Assembly (NCBI GenBank): GCA_029973085.1
Contig: JARKTN010000084.1
Location: forward strand, 2,226-66,225
Direction: 5' to 3'
Source: Anaerohalosphaeraceae bacterium
GTDB lineage: Bacteria; Planctomycetota; Phycisphaerae; Sedimentisphaerales; Anaerohalosphaeraceae
Length of the DNA stretch: 64,000 nt
Position 1 is the stretch's first letter; each line of letters opens with the position of its first letter. The notes below the pieces were generated by a model. It did no database searches. It saw nothing but the letters and a program-made list of their open reading frames with translations, and was not told the DNA's origin. Both the position numbers and the translations under genes were made by a program. Below, piece after piece: positions 9,536-19,330 of this stretch.

Positions 9536-10393
9536 TTATTGCACAAAACCTGTCAATATCGCATGGGTTATTTTTACTACATCGAGCATCTCCCGGACAT
9601 CGTGAACGCGCAGAATATCCGCGCCGCCTGCGGCCGCCAATGCAGCGGCGGCGGCCGTTCCCCAGCCCCGTTCCTTTGGCGCTTGTCTGCCCGTAATCTG
9701 CCCGATAAAACGCTTGCGGCTAACACCAACCAGCACTCGATAGCCCAACCGGCTAAAGCGATTCAAGTCGCGCAATAATTGCAGATTGTGGGCAGTGGTC
9801 TTGCCAAATCCAATCCCCGGATCCACAAAAATGTTTTCCTTTGCAATCCCCATTGATTCGGCATACTGGGCTCTGTCTCTCAAAAACGCCAGGACCTCGG
9901 CCGTCACATCTTTATACTGCGGATTAATTTGCATAGTCTGCGGCGTGCCCTGCATGTGCATCAGAATCACCGGCACTTTTTTCTCAGCCGCCAAAACGGC
10001 CATCCGCGGATCGGCAAGAGCCGTAATATCATTGAGGATTGAAGCCCCTGCTTCCACAGCCGCCAAAGCCACTTCCGGATCGTTCGCGTCAATGCTGATC
10101 GGAATTCGAATCTGTCCGGTCAGTTTCTCAATCACCGCAACCGCTCGTTTAATTTGTTCTGCTGCCGGCGCCGCAGCAGCCCCCGGCCGTGTGGACTGTG
10201 CCCCTATATCTACTATCGCGGCTCCCTGCTCGGCCATCTCCAGAGCGCGTTCCACCGCTTTTGACGGATCCAGAAAATCGCCGCCGTCGCTGAAAGAATC
10301 CGACGTTATATTCAATATCCCCATCAGCAGCGGCGCCTGTGAAAAATCCAACCGACCTGTGGGCCAACTCAATATTTTTGGTTGTTCTGTCAA
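9536..10393 (-). CDS. folP: Dihydropteroate synthase
   Basis: GILNITSDSFSDGG, DIGAQSTRPG and VSRKRFIG are classic pterin-binding DHPS motifs. Confidence 0.9.
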   Translation of the reverse strand: MTEQPKILSWPTGRLDFSQAPLLMGILNITSDSFSDGGDFLDPSKAVERALEMAEQGAAIVDIGAQSTRPGAAAAPAAEQIKRAVAVIEKLTGQIRIPISIDANDPEVALAAVEAGASILNDITALADPRMAVLAAEKKVPVILMHMQGTPQTMQINPQYKDVTAEVLAFLRDRAQYAESMGIAKENIFVDPGIGFGKTTAHNLQLLRDLNRFSRLGYRVLVGVSRKRFIGQITGRQAPKERGWGTAAAAALAAAGGADILRVHDVREMLDVVKITHAILTGFVQ

Positions 10394-10395
10394 CT

Positions 10396-11559
10396 TTACC
10401 GAACCAAATTTACCGCAAAACCTATCCCCTTTAGCTTTTGAGCCGCAGCGTTTGCCTCGGCGGGAATCTTAACCGCTGTATTTTGAAACTCCCTGCGAAT
10501 AGGATATTCCTTGCGAAGCCGGTCAAAAAATGCGCCTCTGTCTGTCTGCGGCACAATCAGCATCTCTCGCATATTAAAATCATCCCGATTAATCACATAG
10601 ACCTGCTGAATTGTATCATGGATAATCCGCTCTGTCGGCTGGGTCCTGATCTGCTCATTGGGAATGTCAATTTCCGCAGCGCTCGGCGGCGGCAGAAAAT
10701 CCTGTTCCGTATGCGTCGGCTTTATTCCGAAATGCCGACAGGCCGCACGATAGATCATAAGCAGACCGTTGATCTTTCCGTCAAATGAATACCCCGCGAT
10801 ATGCGGCGTAGACAAATCCACTTTCAGCAGCAAATCCGCATCCACATTCGGCTCGTTTTCCCACACATCCAGCACAACTCCGCCAAGTCTTCCCGCTGCC
10901 ATTGCCCCCTTCAGCGCCATTGTGTCCATTACTGGGCCTCGAGCCGTGTTGATGAATACCGTTCCCTTTTTTATGGCCGCAAAAAATTTCATATCCGCCA
11001 GATGAAAGGTCGGATCCATTCCCCCTCGGGTCAACGGCGTATGCAGGGTCACAAAATCACATTCCAGCGCCTCCTCCAGCGGCCGGTATTTACCGTCGCC
11101 GCTTTGGCGGGCAAGCGGCGGGTCGTTGAACACAGTTTTCATTCCCAGCGCTCGGCATTTGGCCTCCACCTTTGATCCCACATTGCCTGCTCCGATAATT
11201 CCGATGCGTCTGCCCTCCAGTGTAAAGCGATATTTCTTGCCCAGCGCCAGCATGGCCGCAACAACATATTCGGCCACGCTGTTGGCGTTGGAACCCGGCG
11301 CCGAAGCAAACCCGATTCCAGATTGCAGAAGCCACTCGCGATCAATGTGATCCATCCCGATAGTCGCAGTCGCAGCAAATTTTACCCGGCTGCCGGCCAG
11401 CAGCGCCTCATTGACCGGCGTGATACTCCGCACCAGCAGCACATCTGCATCTTTTACAACCTGGGGCGTAATCTGCCTGCCCGGATATAAAGACACCTCC
11501 CCCAGCGAGTCGAAACATTCTTTTACGAATGGGATATTTTGATCGGCAATAATCTTCAT
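10396..11559 (-). CDS. pdxB: 4-phosphoerythronate dehydrogenase
   Basis: D-2-hydroxyacid dehydrogenase fold (GIIGAGNVGSKV) with the PdxB-type N-terminus MKIIADQNIPF and a C-terminal dimerisation extension. A 2-nt gap separates it from folP. Confidence 0.8.
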   Translation of the reverse strand: MKIIADQNIPFVKECFDSLGEVSLYPGRQITPQVVKDADVLLVRSITPVNEALLAGSRVKFAATATIGMDHIDREWLLQSGIGFASAPGSNANSVAEYVVAAMLALGKKYRFTLEGRRIGIIGAGNVGSKVEAKCRALGMKTVFNDPPLARQSGDGKYRPLEEALECDFVTLHTPLTRGGMDPTFHLADMKFFAAIKKGTVFINTARGPVMDTMALKGAMAAGRLGGVVLDVWENEPNVDADLLLKVDLSTPHIAGYSFDGKINGLLMIYRAACRHFGIKPTHTEQDFLPPPSAAEIDIPNEQIRTQPTERIIHDTIQQVYVINRDDFNMREMLIVPQTDRGAFFDRLRKEYPIRREFQNTAVKIPAEANAAAQKLKGIGFAVNLVR

Positions 11560-11774
11560 GCATATTCCTTACAACAGGATAAAGACCGACTCAGCAAAAG
11601 GTCATTCTCAATGGAACCGAGCAGTGTAAAGACTCCTCCGCTCGCTTGCAAGTACAATTTAACCTTACTCCCGGAAGGAAGGTCGCCTTGCGGTTCGGCC
11701 GATTTCATTTGCCATCGCAAAACCTGTGATTTAGAATTCATTGTTTTAACGTCTGCCCAGAATGAAAGGTTTGG

Positions 11775-13181
11775 ATGGCAAGCGCCGAATCCATAGCATT
11801 TGACCGAGACCCTTTGCGGCCTGTCCTTCGCCTGCGCCATCTCAATCGGACGCTGCTGGCCCTGTCGGCGCCGGCTATTATCGAATATCTGCTGTCCTCT
11901 ACGGTATTTTTTGTCGATACGCTCATTGTCGGCTGGCTGCGAAGCGAGACCTTTCTGGCTGCCGTCGCCTTGTCGGGGTTGAGTATGATCTTCATCAACG
12001 CCCCTTATGCCGCCCTCTCGATCTCCACCTCTTCCATCGTCTCTCGCTCCTGGGGCGAGGGAGATCGCCAGACGGCCTGCCGCTGCGCCGCTCTGTCCCT
12101 GACTCTCTCGTTTACCACGGCGGCCGTTATTGTCATAAGCGGAATGCTCTGCTCGCGCTGGGTGGTCAACCTGCTGGGCGCCTCGCCTGAAGTTCTGCCA
12201 TTGGCCTCTACCTATTTGGGTATCCTGCTCCTTTCGTGTGTATTCGGTTTATCCGTATTCATCAGCAATGGAATTCACCGAAGCAAAGGGGATACCCTGA
12301 CTGCCATGTGGATCGCGATCCTGACCAATCTGATCAATATTGTCGCCAGCATTATGCTTGCCTTTGGGATCGGTACTGTCAAACTGGGCTTCTATGGCGT
12401 GGCCTGGGGAACCGTTATCGCCCGCACTGCCGGTACGCTAATGTCTGTTGGACTGCTGTTTTCGCCCAAAAGCATCGGATTGCATCCTCGTCACTTTCTA
12501 AATATCTCTAAAACCCTGCTGAGACGTTTGTGGTATTTGACTTTCCCATCTCTTGCTGAACGGGTCTCTAACGCCGTAGTTTATTTGACCTTTATGTGGC
12601 TGGTCGCGGCGCTGGGTACGACCGTTCTGGCCTCTCACCAACTGGCCCTGCAAATGGAATCCTTTGCCTACATGCCCGTCTGGGGATTGGCTGTAGCCGC
12701 CACTACAATCGTCGGCCAGGCCGTCGGCGCTCGGCTGGAGCACATCGCCGAGTTTGCTGTACGCCGCCTTCTGATTGCCGCCGGAATCTCCACCGGAATC
12801 CTTGCGATCCTCTACGCCCTGGCCGGACCGCACCTGGTTCGCATCTTCGGAGCCACCCCACAAGTTCTTTCTCTATCGGGGATGGCTCTGCGCATTTCCG
12901 CCCTTGAAATCCCATTTATGGCTTTTACATTCATCTTTATCGGTGCACTGCGCGGTGCAGGCGACACCAGGACCCCCCTTTATGTCTGTCTGATAAGCCC
13001 TCTGATCTTTCGCCTGGGCGGAACATGGCTGCTGGCGTTTGTCTTTGACCTTGGTCTGGCAGGCGTCTGGCTGGCCACGGCCGCTGACTGGTTTGTCCGG
13101 GCGGTTTCACTGCTCGGATTTTTTCGAAGAGGCGTCTGGAAAAAACTCCACCAGATCGAAAAATCCCGATTCTCCGAATAG
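11775..13181 (+). CDS. MATE family efflux transporter
   Basis: Twelve hydrophobic segments. LALSAPAIIEYLLSSTVFFVDTLIVGWL and RGAGDTRTPL are typical of MATE/NorM proteins. Confidence 0.8.
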   Translation: MASAESIAFDRDPLRPVLRLRHLNRTLLALSAPAIIEYLLSSTVFFVDTLIVGWLRSETFLAAVALSGLSMIFINAPYAALSISTSSIVSRSWGEGDRQTACRCAALSLTLSFTTAAVIVISGMLCSRWVVNLLGASPEVLPLASTYLGILLLSCVFGLSVFISNGIHRSKGDTLTAMWIAILTNLINIVASIMLAFGIGTVKLGFYGVAWGTVIARTAGTLMSVGLLFSPKSIGLHPRHFLNISKTLLRRLWYLTFPSLAERVSNAVVYLTFMWLVAALGTTVLASHQLALQMESFAYMPVWGLAVAATTIVGQAVGARLEHIAEFAVRRLLIAAGISTGILAILYALAGPHLVRIFGATPQVLSLSGMALRISALEIPFMAFTFIFIGALRGAGDTRTPLYVCLISPLIFRLGGTWLLAFVFDLGLAGVWLATAADWFVRAVSLLGFFRRGVWKKLHQIEKSRFSE

Positions 13182-13216
13182 ACACGACCTTCCACCCAAC
13201 TTCATTTTGTGCTTTT

Positions 13217-14851
13217 TTATGGGTTGCCGTTGTCCATCTGGGCCGATTGCGGCAGCGCTATCGGGATCGTCAGCGAAAACTCCGCCCCATTCCCCGGTTC
13301 GCTGACCAGTTGAATCGTTCCTGCCAGCAGTTCCGCCAATTGCTTACAGATGGCCAGCCCAAGTCCTGTACCCGGTTCCTTTCGGGTCAGAGACCCATCT
13401 ATTTGCCGGAATTTCTCAAATATCTTCTCCTGGTCTTCTTTGGAGATGCCAGAGCCGGTATCGGCTACAGCAATCCGCAGCGACAAATCGTCCGGCCGGC
13501 TCACTGTAATCTGGATCCGCCCGTTTTCAGGCGTAAACTTGACCGCATTGCTGAGAAAATTATACAAAATCTGCTGCACTTTGCCCGCATCCGTCTGAGC
13601 CAGCGGAAGATTATCCTCCATCTGCAGGCGAACCTTCAGCCGTTTCTGTTCAGTCAGCGGCGAAAAGAAGGCCACCAACCCCTCGCACAACTGCGGGATA
13701 CTGGTCTTTTCCACATGCAAAACCATCTTGCCCGCCTCTGCCCGGGCCAGATCCAGCAAATCGTTAATCATATTCAGCAGCGATCGCCCGCTGGTGATGA
13801 TATTCTCCGCCCAGCGTTTGCACTTATCCGCGTCAGCGCCGGGTTTTTCAAACAACAGTTGGGCAAACCCAAGAATCGCATTTAACGGCGTGCGGAACTC
13901 ATGCGACATATTAGCCAGAAACTCGCTTTTGAGTTTATTGGCTCGAAACAGCTCAATATTCTTTTCTGACAACTGAGCGATCTTGGAATCCAGCTGCTGG
14001 TTGGCGGCCTGTAATTTCCGCTGCGATTGAAGCAGATTATCCAGCATGTTGTTGAATGCATCCGAAAGCCGCTCGAATTCATCGCCTGTTTTGATCGCGC
14101 TGCGGATCTCCAGATTTCCTTCCGACACATTGTTGACCAGTCCCCGCAACTGGCGGATCGGCCGCAGAATTACCCGCTGGGTAATCATATAAAACGCGAT
14201 AATCGCTCCGGTAGCGGCGATCAGACCGGCGAAGATCACACACAAACGGTTCATCAGCGCTGTGCGGTCCATCTCCTGCGGAAATATTCGTACCGCCACT
14301 ACCCCTACCCGCTGTTTCTTATTAAATGGAACCGCAGACCCTTCTTCTGTATGGCACTGCAAACAGGTTTCCTTAGCGCGAACCAGACGAAGGTATTCAT
14401 GCCGCATCGGACGCGATTGCCTGTCTATCCAGGCCAAGTCTTCCAGATGCTCGCCCTCTTGAATCTCCTCCAGTTTTTGTCGCTGGGTTTTAGTCAGTGT
14501 GTCCAGACCGCTGCTGCTTTGATCCAGGCGAATCCACCGCACCACATACTCATTGGGATCGATCAGCTGCTTTAAATGAGCCAGCAGAGGCGGACCGCCT
14601 TCTTTTGTGGAATCCGGGCGGAAATGACGCTCAAATACAGATTCGCTGACGGCACGTCCGGCATCCAGGACGTTTTTTTGAGTCAGTTTGCCCATCCAGA
14701 AATAAGGAATCGAAAGGGCCAGAGCCAGCGTAAACAACATGGCCCCGCCAAAGAGGAGTCGGCACTTTTCAGCCAGGGACAGCGGCTGAAGCCGAAGAAA
14801 CTTAAGTCCCTGCTTTGCCCAGCGGCGAAGCGATGTAACAATCCGCATCAT
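13217..14851 (-). CDS. Sensor histidine kinase (TM, periplasmic domain with CxxCH, TM, HAMP, HisKA, HATPase)
   Basis: H-box SEFLANMSHEFRTPLN, N-box LYNFLSNAVKFT and G-boxes DTGSGI / GTGLGLAI. A CLQCH motif lies at 14351-14365 in the extracytoplasmic segment. Confidence 0.85.
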   Translation of the reverse strand: MMRIVTSLRRWAKQGLKFLRLQPLSLAEKCRLLFGGAMLFTLALALSIPYFWMGKLTQKNVLDAGRAVSESVFERHFRPDSTKEGGPPLLAHLKQLIDPNEYVVRWIRLDQSSSGLDTLTKTQRQKLEEIQEGEHLEDLAWIDRQSRPMRHEYLRLVRAKETCLQCHTEEGSAVPFNKKQRVGVVAVRIFPQEMDRTALMNRLCVIFAGLIAATGAIIAFYMITQRVILRPIRQLRGLVNNVSEGNLEIRSAIKTGDEFERLSDAFNNMLDNLLQSQRKLQAANQQLDSKIAQLSEKNIELFRANKLKSEFLANMSHEFRTPLNAILGFAQLLFEKPGADADKCKRWAENIITSGRSLLNMINDLLDLARAEAGKMVLHVEKTSIPQLCEGLVAFFSPLTEQKRLKVRLQMEDNLPLAQTDAGKVQQILYNFLSNAVKFTPENGRIQITVSRPDDLSLRIAVADTGSGISKEDQEKIFEKFRQIDGSLTRKEPGTGLGLAICKQLAELLAGTIQLVSEPGNGAEFSLTIPIALPQSAQMDNGNP

Positions 14852-14875
14852 CCCTACCCTTTCCGGATTGTCGTT

Positions 14876-16705
14876 CTATAATTCCCTTTCTTTTTCCACT
14901 TGATGAAGATGCTTCTGGACCCGCAGATTCAGTTCTTCCAGCTGCGAGGCATCCACCTCGCTGGGCGCCTCGGTCAGCAGGCATTGACCCCGCTGGGTCT
15001 TGGGAAAGGCGATGACGTCCCGGATATTTTCTGTTTTTGTCAAAAGCATCACCAGTCGATCCAGACCAAATGCTATCCCGCCGTGCGGAGGAGCGCCATA
15101 TTCAAGGGCCCTCAGGAAAAACCCAAAACGCTCCTGGGCCTGCTTTTGAGTTATCTTCAGCAGGTCGAACACCTTGGCCTGAACTTTCGGATCATGAATA
15201 CGAATCGATCCGCCTCCGATTTCGGATCCGTTGACCACCAGATCGTATGCCTGGGAGCGAATATGAGCCGGATCGCTGTCCAGTTTTCCCAAATCCTCCG
15301 GTACCGGACTGGTAAACGGATGATGCAGAGAATCAAACCGTTTTTCATTCTCATTCCACTCGAACAGAGGAAAATCCACCACCCAGGTGAATCGGTATTC
15401 CCCTTCCCGAACCAGTCCCAGTTCCTTCCCCAGCCGCACTCGCAAAGGCGCCAGGGCCTTATTGGCCGCCTCCCTTGTATCGGCTACCATCAGAATCAGA
15501 TCGTCCGGGCCTGCGTGAAAACGAGCCAAAATCTCCTGCTGCTGCGCCGGCGTAAAAAACTTGGCCAGATTGCTTTTTAGTTCCAGACCCTGACCGGACT
15601 GATTCGGCTCGATCTTAAACCAGGACAGCCCTTTGGCCCCAAAGTCGGCAACAAAATCCGTCAGCGTTTTTTCTATATCGCTTCGGGAAAATTTTGCGCC
15701 GCCGGGAGCACAGAGCCCTTTCACTACGCCCCCTTTTTCTACCACGGATGTAAAGACCTTAAAAGCGCTGGCTTTTGCGATATCGCTCAGATCCTTCAGT
15801 TTCATCTCAAACCGCAGATCCGGCCGATCAATCCCATATTCATCCATCGCCTGAGCATAAGTCATTCGCAAGATCGGCAGCGAAACATCCACATCAAGAA
15901 TTTCTTTGAAGATCCGGGCAATCAGACGCTCATTAACCGTCATCACATCTTCGGCGTCTACAAAACTCATTTCCACATCGATCTGCGTAAATTCCGCCTG
16001 TCGATCCGCCCGCGGATCTTCATCGCGAAAGCACCGGACAATCTGAAAATATCGCTCACATCCGGATACCATCAAAATCTGCTTGAACAATTGCGGCGAC
16101 TGCGGAAGCGCATAAAACATCCCCTTATACAATCGGCTGGGAACCAGAAAATCCCTTGCCCCTTCCGGCGTGCTCTTGCCCAGCATCGGAGTTTCAATCT
16201 CCCAGAAGCCCTGCTCATCGAAATAATCGCGGGTTATTTTTGCGGTCCGGTGGCGCACCCTCAGGCGATCCTGCATGGATCGTCGGCGCAAATCAATATA
16301 TCGATAAGAAAGGCGCAGTTCTTCATTAACCTGTGCGGCCGTATCGGTATCAAACGGGGGCGTTTTGGCCGTGTTGAGCAATTCCATCCAATCGACGATG
16401 ACCTCGATCTGACCCGTGGGCAGTTTGGGATTTTCCAGCCCCTGCCCGCGCGGGCGCACCCTACCTCGGCAGGTAATCACCCACTCACATCGCAGCGTGC
16501 GGGATTGCAGATGGCTTTGCGAGTTGTATTCCGGATCGAAAACAATCTGTACTAGTCCGCTGCGGTCCCGAAGATCAACAAAAACCAGATTGCCGTGGTC
16601 GCGATAGGAGTTAACCCACCCGCAAAGAGTCACCTCTTGATCGACATGCTCCGAACGAAGCAGCCCGCACTGATGTGTCCTTTTCAAATAAGTTTCCTTT
16701 CTCAA
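14876..16705 (-). CDS. aspS: Aspartate--tRNA ligase
   Basis: N-terminal OB fold with THQCGLLRSEHVDQEVTLCGWV...RDHGNLVFVDLRDRSG. Class II motifs FQIVRCFRDED and GGGSIRIH...GLDRLVM are present. Confidence 0.95.
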   Translation of the reverse strand: MRKETYLKRTHQCGLLRSEHVDQEVTLCGWVNSYRDHGNLVFVDLRDRSGLVQIVFDPEYNSQSHLQSRTLRCEWVITCRGRVRPRGQGLENPKLPTGQIEVIVDWMELLNTAKTPPFDTDTAAQVNEELRLSYRYIDLRRRSMQDRLRVRHRTAKITRDYFDEQGFWEIETPMLGKSTPEGARDFLVPSRLYKGMFYALPQSPQLFKQILMVSGCERYFQIVRCFRDEDPRADRQAEFTQIDVEMSFVDAEDVMTVNERLIARIFKEILDVDVSLPILRMTYAQAMDEYGIDRPDLRFEMKLKDLSDIAKASAFKVFTSVVEKGGVVKGLCAPGGAKFSRSDIEKTLTDFVADFGAKGLSWFKIEPNQSGQGLELKSNLAKFFTPAQQQEILARFHAGPDDLILMVADTREAANKALAPLRVRLGKELGLVREGEYRFTWVVDFPLFEWNENEKRFDSLHHPFTSPVPEDLGKLDSDPAHIRSQAYDLVVNGSEIGGGSIRIHDPKVQAKVFDLLKITQKQAQERFGFFLRALEYGAPPHGGIAFGLDRLVMLLTKTENIRDVIAFPKTQRGQCLLTEAPSEVDASQLEELNLRVQKHLHQVEKEREL

Positions 16706-17120
16706 CTGAATCTTTTAGAACCATTTATAAGGGGATAACAATAGCCAATAAATCCTCCTCCGTCAACGGATATCCTCACTTCTCTATCAAGACATATAGT
16801 ATCGTTTATTTTTGAAAAAACGAAAAAACTGATCAAAAACCAGACTGTAAAACTTCGGCATAAAAGTCAAGGAAACCAGTTTAACTCAGAAGTTTATCTG
16901 CTTTCCTTTTGGCTCTTTATTCACCCTCCGAAATATAAGATAATTCTTTATCTTCAAATATGTTATGATAATAAAACCTTTAAGCGTCTGCGTACATAAT
17001 ACGCGGTAAAAAATTTAACGCATTTACCAGAAAGTAAAATCACAAATCATTGATTTTGAACATTGCATTTTCTATTTATAGGACATACTCTATTTTTAGA
17101 CTCTAAAGTCATAGAATGGC

Positions 17121-17150
17121 TTGACTTTGGATTGTTCAGTCAGGTACAAT
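17121..17150 (+). promoter_or_regulatory. Candidate sigma70-type promoter for the tpsB-tpsA pair
   Basis: TTGACT (17121-17126), an 18-nt spacer, then TACAAT (17145-17150). It sits in a ~600-bp AT-rich spacer and would give a leader of about 150 nt. Confidence 0.3.
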
Positions 17151-17300
17151 AAAGTTCATTAGGATGCCGATTATAGCTAAAAAAATTAGATTGCGGGGGC
17201 GATCAACCGCACAATATGGATATGAATGTTCAGCCGTAATTTTTCGGCAAGGAAAAACATTCTAATAAAACATTCTACTTTCAGGAAAAGGAGACACGCG

Positions 17301-19238
17301 ATGGAACGGGCTTGGATGCATTTGAAAAAAAATTCATTTGGACAATTATGGAAGAAATGCATTAGGGCTGCCTGTGGGATCATTCTTCTTTTTGTTTTTA
17401 TGAATGGTCAATCCGCGCAGGCCGCTGAAGAAGTGTTTACAGAACCAGCTACTCCGCAGCAAAAGATGATCGAGAAAATCGAAGTTGAGCATAAAGCCAA
17501 AGAGGCAGCGCCTGCCGGCGTCAGAGAGGCAGCCGCACATGCTCTGGTCGATTATCTGCCCGCCGACGACACGCCAAAATATGAAGTTCGCCGGATTCAG
17601 ATCCAGGGCAATCAACTGCTCACTTCCGAACAGATCCTCAAAAAGATACCGCCTGTGTTTGACGCATCGGGTCAATATCGGATACCAGCCGAGCCCGCCT
17701 CGCTGTATGATCTGCGAGAACTGGCGGCGCTGGCCGACGACCCGTCTGTACCGCGCACCGTCTCGGCAAGGACGATGCAGGGTTTTACTCAATATATTCT
17801 TTCTCTTTATCGAAATATGGGATATTCCGGCATCTATGTGGCCGTTCCGTTAGATACCCTTGCAGGCGGAAAACTTCGCGAGGATACCTTGCTGATTCAG
17901 GTCACCGAAGGTACAGTCAGTTCTACGGCTGCAAATTACTTTGATCCGCAAGGACAGAAGACAGAAAAGAGTTATTTAAGACCTTCCTTCTTTGAAAAGC
18001 ACTCGCCGATCAAGGTCGGAGAGGTTGGAAAACAAAAGAAGCTGACTGAATATCTCAATCTGCTGAATTTGAATCCGGACCGATATGTCTCGGCGGTCGT
18101 CTCCAAAGGCGAACAGCCCGATACACTGGCGGTCAATTACAATATTTATGAAGCCAATCCCTGGCATTGGTTTATTCAGGTCGATAATTCCGGCACCAAA
18201 GACCGCCGTTACGCCCCCAAAGTCGGTCTGATACATACTAATCTGCTGGGCTTCGATGACAAACTCACTTTAATCCACCAGGCCCCCTGGGAAAAGGGCT
18301 TCGAGGACAAGTATTCCATATTCGGCAGTTATGATTTCCCGATTCTGGGCCCCCGGCTTCGTCTGGAAACCTACGCCGGCTATAACGAGTTTGACGTCGA
18401 AGGCGGCGGCGGGATTGACTTCCTCGGACACGGCTCCGTTTACGGCAGCAAATTGCGCTGGAATGTCTTTCAGAAGGACGACTGGTTCTTTGACCTGACG
18501 ACCTGGCTGGAGCGGGAAAAGAGCAAGGTCTCCACATCAATCTTCAGCGCCATCCTCGGCTCGGAGGTAGTCATGCATCTGTGGGGTGTAGGGGCCGACC
18601 TCTATCGACGAACAGACATGGCGGACACCTCGTTTTCATTCAGCCGCATCGAGAATGTAGGCGGCTCTTCACAGAGAAAATTTTGGGATCCGATCGCTCT
18701 TACCGGCGCTCGAACTGACGCCGATCGAGATTTTTCCGTATATACAGTGTCGGCCAATCATCGACAGTATCTGGATCCGGATAAGGTTCAGCGTCTTTCC
18801 GGCTCTTTCCAATGGATCCTCCCGCAAGAGCGGTTAGTGCCTTCAAGGATGACCACTTTCGGCGGGATGTATTCTGTCCGCGGTTATAAAGAAAGCGGAA
18901 TCATCGCAGATGGCGGGATTCTGGCCTCTGTGCAGTATGAATACGACCTGATCAGTGCAGACAGGGCCAAATACGGGTCAGATCTGTCCGGCGCAGAAGC
19001 CAAACCCTTTGTGAGGAAGTTGGCTCCGCTGGCCTTTATGGATTTCGGACGGGCTAGGATCAAAGACAGGTTGGTCGGCGAGAATAATGAGGAATTGCTT
19101 TCGATCGGCGCCGGGGGTCTGATTGAACTGGGGGATCATTTTGCCGGGGCGGTCTATTACGGCTTTCCGCTAAAGGGAACCTCCACCACAGACACTGAAG
19201 ACGGAGCCTTGAATTTGAGTTTGATGATGCGATGGTAA
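17301..19238 (+). CDS. Two-partner secretion outer-membrane transporter (TpsB; ShlB/FhaC/HecB family)
   Basis: I chose the ATG at 17301, which is preceded by AAGGAG. Signal peptide ...LLFVFMNGQSAQA. POTRA-like YEVRRIQIQGNQLLTSEQILKKIP. The C-terminal beta-barrel ends ...LNLSLMMRW. It lies directly upstream of a TPS-domain protein. Confidence 0.85.
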   Translation: MERAWMHLKKNSFGQLWKKCIRAACGIILLFVFMNGQSAQAAEEVFTEPATPQQKMIEKIEVEHKAKEAAPAGVREAAAHALVDYLPADDTPKYEVRRIQIQGNQLLTSEQILKKIPPVFDASGQYRIPAEPASLYDLRELAALADDPSVPRTVSARTMQGFTQYILSLYRNMGYSGIYVAVPLDTLAGGKLREDTLLIQVTEGTVSSTAANYFDPQGQKTEKSYLRPSFFEKHSPIKVGEVGKQKKLTEYLNLLNLNPDRYVSAVVSKGEQPDTLAVNYNIYEANPWHWFIQVDNSGTKDRRYAPKVGLIHTNLLGFDDKLTLIHQAPWEKGFEDKYSIFGSYDFPILGPRLRLETYAGYNEFDVEGGGGIDFLGHGSVYGSKLRWNVFQKDDWFFDLTTWLEREKSKVSTSIFSAILGSEVVMHLWGVGADLYRRTDMADTSFSFSRIENVGGSSQRKFWDPIALTGARTDADRDFSVYTVSANHRQYLDPDKVQRLSGSFQWILPQERLVPSRMTTFGGMYSVRGYKESGIIADGGILASVQYEYDLISADRAKYGSDLSGAEAKPFVRKLAPLAFMDFGRARIKDRLVGENNEELLSIGAGGLIELGDHFAGAVYYGFPLKGTSTTDTEDGALNLSLMMRW

Positions 19239-19330
19239 ACCATAAACGCTCCGGCAGCGCTGCCGGACAGGAAATAAAACGTCGGGAAGGATCGAATGAA
19301 TAACGCAAATTTTATTATAAGGGGAAGAAA

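Noticed and set aside
9786-10472. 228-aa plus-strand ORF
   Set aside because: It is antisense to folP and spans the folP/pdxB junction. It is Ala/Ser-rich shadow sequence.
17226-17300. Longer start for tpsB (track start 17226)
   Set aside because: The ATG at 17301 has an AAGGAG ribosome-binding site and yields a normal signal peptide. The upstream extension is basic, AT-rich sequence.
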